Assembly: GCA_048013815.1 (NCBI GenBank)
Contig: CM106586.1
Span: forward strand, 21,018,001 to 21,082,000
DNA length: 64,000 nucleotides
Direction of reading: 5' to 3'
Origin: Setoptus koraiensis
Lineage: Eukaryota > Animalia > Arthropoda
Positions 60,401-64,000 of the stretch are shown here, one piece after another (position 1 is the first letter of the stretch; every line of letters begins with the position of its first letter). A model generated the notes under the pieces. The model did not search any database and had not been told where the DNA came from. It worked only from the letters and a program-made list of their open reading frames with translations. A program made the position numbers and the translations under genes.

Positions 60401-61090
60401 ATTAGAGGCAAACACTAATTGTTGTTCTGTGGATCCCAACAACAACTACAACAGTTGGTGCTGCCGTTCGCCAGACAATATATATGTAACTACAATTACA
60501 TCCTTAGTTATTCGTCCGATGGATTGTTGGTTCGTTCATCGCTGATGATTTAGTCCACTATTACATCATCCTATTGGGAGGCATCTCAGCGATAAATAAA
60601 GCAATTGCCTGTGAGCTCAATCTGCTGCTCACCGTCTATATTAAGGGATGGTGAAAGAACAAATCCAAACTTGTCTTCTTCTTCTCCTCTCAGACACACA
60701 ATTATTTACAAACAACAAAGTGAAGAAGAAGAGGAAAAAGGAGGAGAGAAGCCGAAAAAAAAGGGATTGTAAACCGGTGTTTGAACCAACTTTGACGAAT
60801 GTGGAAACAGGTGGTGATTTTTTAAAGGTGTACACACACTATTGCACTATTATCATGTGACCAAGTGTGTATATTAGATGGCATAATCAAGTGGACCGAC
60901 TGAACTACTTTCCAGGCACAATGATAGAGACGAGTGCCTCAACAACGATCTTAAGTGATCTTTCAATGGTCAATTGCTGTGACTCAATCTAGTCAGCACA
61001 GTCAATGAGTGGGTGACGCTTCAACAAATTGCACAATACCAATAGGATGAGACTAGATATAATTATATCAATACAAAGATATGTGAACTA

Positions 61091-61157
<67 letters not shown>

Positions 61158-63513
61158 ATTATTTACTACGGTACAGTCGTTCTAGCGGAAGTGAACAAAA
61201 CATTTTAGCAACATGTACTTGCATGTTGCTGGGAAATGTCACTATCCTGAATTTGTGATGGATGACCTGTACATTCGGTTGGAATGTAGTACCATCGTCG
61301 TCAACAAATGTTGCGAAAATTTGAATCATTATGTAATATATACTGAACACACAACTGTTCAGTAAATATGCGTCCAGTTTGTCAGACACATTAGCCAATG
61401 CCGTACACTCATGATTCAATCTACGTGACATAAATCATGACTTTTTGATTGAATCAAAGTACATCACCACTACATTATATAAGCCAAATAAGCTACCACC
61501 ATTTGACACATCAAACTATAGTGTCATTTGATCTCTCAACTAATAATCTATGTGACATATACTTGGAGCGTCATGATGTGTAGCCTCCATAGCTCCATTG
61601 TGGCAACAAGTGGATGGCATTGACACATCATGGATTGTCCCACTGTACAATACATGTATGTTATTGTATATATAGAAAAAATATTTTAATGTATGTACTG
61701 TGTCGCTTATTATTTCTTCTTTTTTTCGTTTCGTTATTGTTGTTAGTGCCAATTCTATTGCCCATTCGATTGTTATCGAAAGCTCTCATGATGGTATTTT
61801 GTTGTTGGCTAGCTACACTCACTGTTGCTTGCCAGGAATATATTTTTGTAACCGAAGATAATGATACATCACACACAAACATAGTGATGTAGTTGATAAA
61901 ACTTGTTTGTGCCGGTGTGACACACAAAACCATCGAGATAAATCACACACAAACAAATCGAAAATTCAGTTAGTTTCGTCATCAATTGATTGCCAGAAAG
62001 AATGCTCCTAACGTTGTCTAACAAGAGGTTGTAAGATGAGCGAGCAGCCTGTAACTTTTAATCTCGAGTGTTATCATGTTTTTGAAATGATAACATAGGT
62101 GACGATAAAGAAGAAGCTCTTTACTATTATCACCATTCGAGTACCTTCCTTATGAGCCAATGTAGTCGTGATAGAACAGCAACAATGTTGGCAGTAGAAT
62201 GAGCAGACCTACAACAGCAGACCAACTGATTACAGAATAAGAAAAAAATAGTTGCGATTTTTCGACTATTCGTAGATTGATTGTGGCGGTCAGGTTTATA
62301 GCGGTAGTGAGCTACTAGTTTGTGTATAAAGATTAGGTTTATGTTAACAAGAGGAAGAAGAGGAAAATTGTTATAATAAAAAAAAATAATGAATAGCTCG
62401 ACCGCTATTGATTATCTCACAACAAACAGCACGAGTGGTGAGACATTCATCGAACTGACAGATCGAAAACTAACGGTCACCATCACTCATAATGTTAAGA
62501 ATATGCGAAATTGATCAATCATTTGATCAAGGGAGCCTTGAAAAGACTGCTGTCTGTAAAAGGCCAATCAAAGACAGGTTGGTCATCGCCATCAATACGA
62601 GTTTCGGCAGCAATGAATAATATTGTTGTTGGCAAATAGGCTCTCTTGGTAAAAGCCAAGGCTTGAGTGCAGGACTTACCCTAGCTTGATTAAATCGGTT
62701 GGTGGCATCGTCTAGCTCTTTCTTCAGCTGATCCAGTTTAGTAAGTACTGATTGTTGGATGACATTACTATTGACATTATAAGAGCTACTTGAATGGAAA
62801 GTGCCTGAATGTTGTTGCTGCTGCTTGTTATTGAATCCATTGTATCTTGCTTTAATAGATTCTAGATCGTTATTGGCCTTGATAAAGGATTTCCTGCATT
62901 TGAGCACATTTGGTATATCATGATCTAACATTTGATTAAGTGGTTGAAGGCAATTTTTTTCTATGTTTTGTTCGTAATTCAAATACAATTGAGCCAATTG
63001 AGATTGTAATCTTGAACAGTGACTGAAAGTTGTCGCCAACAGCGAATCCGGCTTCATTCTACTTGAGGATTTTGTTAGAAATCTATTAAAACTTAATATG
63101 GGCAACTTCTTGTGTCGTTTAGTAGCCTCTATGCCCTGACTTAGAAGTGTCTTGTTCCTGCGGCCATCTCCTAATGCTTGGCCATTGCAGGAGTCATTAT
63201 CACCGTTTGCTGAATGATTGTCGGCCGTATATTGTTGCTGTTGGCCGGCAACATTGTGATTACTCGTGTTGTTGTTGTTGTTGATAGTGGCATTATAGTA
63301 TGAGGACAAAGTTGACGATGTTGATGATAGATTTGATTGCAGCTGGGAGGATATTTTCTTTTCCGCATCAATGCACACTTGACGGAGCTCGTCAAATGTC
63401 TTCTCAACATTGATTAAATTTTCACTAAAACTGTCATTGCTGGATGATTTGTCGATTCTGTTGCGTACATTAGAATCGACAAAATGTTTTATATTCAACA
63501 GTGATTTCTTCAT
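54425..63513 (-). CDS. RhoGAP92B: BAR-domain RhoGAP of the RICH/ARHGAP17/ARHGAP44/SH3BP1 family, 1188 aa, 4 exons
   Basis: Exons 63513-62680, 59119-58969, 57456-55942 and 55491-54425 join in frame (3567 nt). The N-terminus MKKSLLNIKHF...RIDK...ENLINVEK parallels RICH1 MKKQFNRMKQ...RAEK...EDLLQIER, followed by BAR helices and KRHKKLP. The GAP domain is KPVFGTSLSEHLRVTGRELSIVVELCVMLL..EEGLFRI (Arg finger intact), with LKLHLRELPEPLLT and NKMSSTNLAIAVAPSLLW. The tail is Pro-rich. Confidence 0.93.
61092..61154. repeat. Compound (TA)n(GA)n microsatellite in RhoGAP intron 1
   Basis: Seen directly. Confidence 0.95.
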
Positions 63514-64000
63514 TGATATTGAGTGTTTAAGGTATTCCAGGCTGAACAATGGTGGTATCACAATGTAATGAGCTGTATAATGATATGTTATTGGCTTAGA
63601 GAAATATGTCTTGGTCGTTGTCAATACTGTATGTCATTGAAGGATTTGGTAAGTGTGCTTGAGTGTAGCGGTGTGTGTAACATCAATAATAATATTTTTG
63701 TGATTCGAGTAGTGACAGCGCTACGAACAAACAGATTTTATCCAATTGAAATCAAGCTACTGTTGATCATTCAATTCAGCCACTTGATGATTTCAAGTAG
63801 GAACAAAATAAAATTATGTTGATCATATAGTGTTTGTAAGCTCAAGTGACGATCTAATCTTGCTGTTAATGTGGAATGATGCAAAATGGTTGCTTCATTA
63901 GCTCCAACTGTTCTTCTATTGTTACTTGTGTTCGTGTTCCAGTGCTCGACTTGGCATATGTTGCAGCTATGTTATCATCACTACTGTTGCTCAAGGCATC

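Noticed and set aside
1-64000. tRNA, snRNA or 7SL genes
   Set aside because: By eye I found no T-loop or cloverleaf and no U1/U2/U6 signatures. A tRNAscan-SE or Infernal run would be needed to exclude them.

Overview
This is eukaryotic (arthropod) genomic DNA with GT-AG introns. Compact, mostly intronless housekeeping genes and abundant AAC/CAG microsatellites inside coding sequence suggest a highly reduced mite genome, possibly eriophyoid-like; the taxon is an inference. The AT-rich left third holds a 4-exon Mp20/calponin gene and four identical 5S rRNA genes. These sit as two convergent tandem pairs forming a ~4.3-kb palindrome around one intronless gustatory-receptor-like 7TM gene. Next come a 729-aa secreted Q/N/P-rich protein with amphipathic helical repeats, a short LARP7, MTERF4, DENR, TVP23 and huckebein. 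A GC-rich block (~26.4-52.9 kb) full of short tandem duplications holds an 8-exon CNG channel gene (CG42260-like, with Gly at the pore acidic position) and a ~14-kb stretch with no recognisable gene. The AT-rich right end holds a 4-TM protein and a 4-exon BAR-RhoGAP (RICH/ARHGAP17/44 type). Most short ORFs in the supplied track are chance or antisense frames. Exon coordinates were derived by hand from splice consensus and reading-frame continuity.
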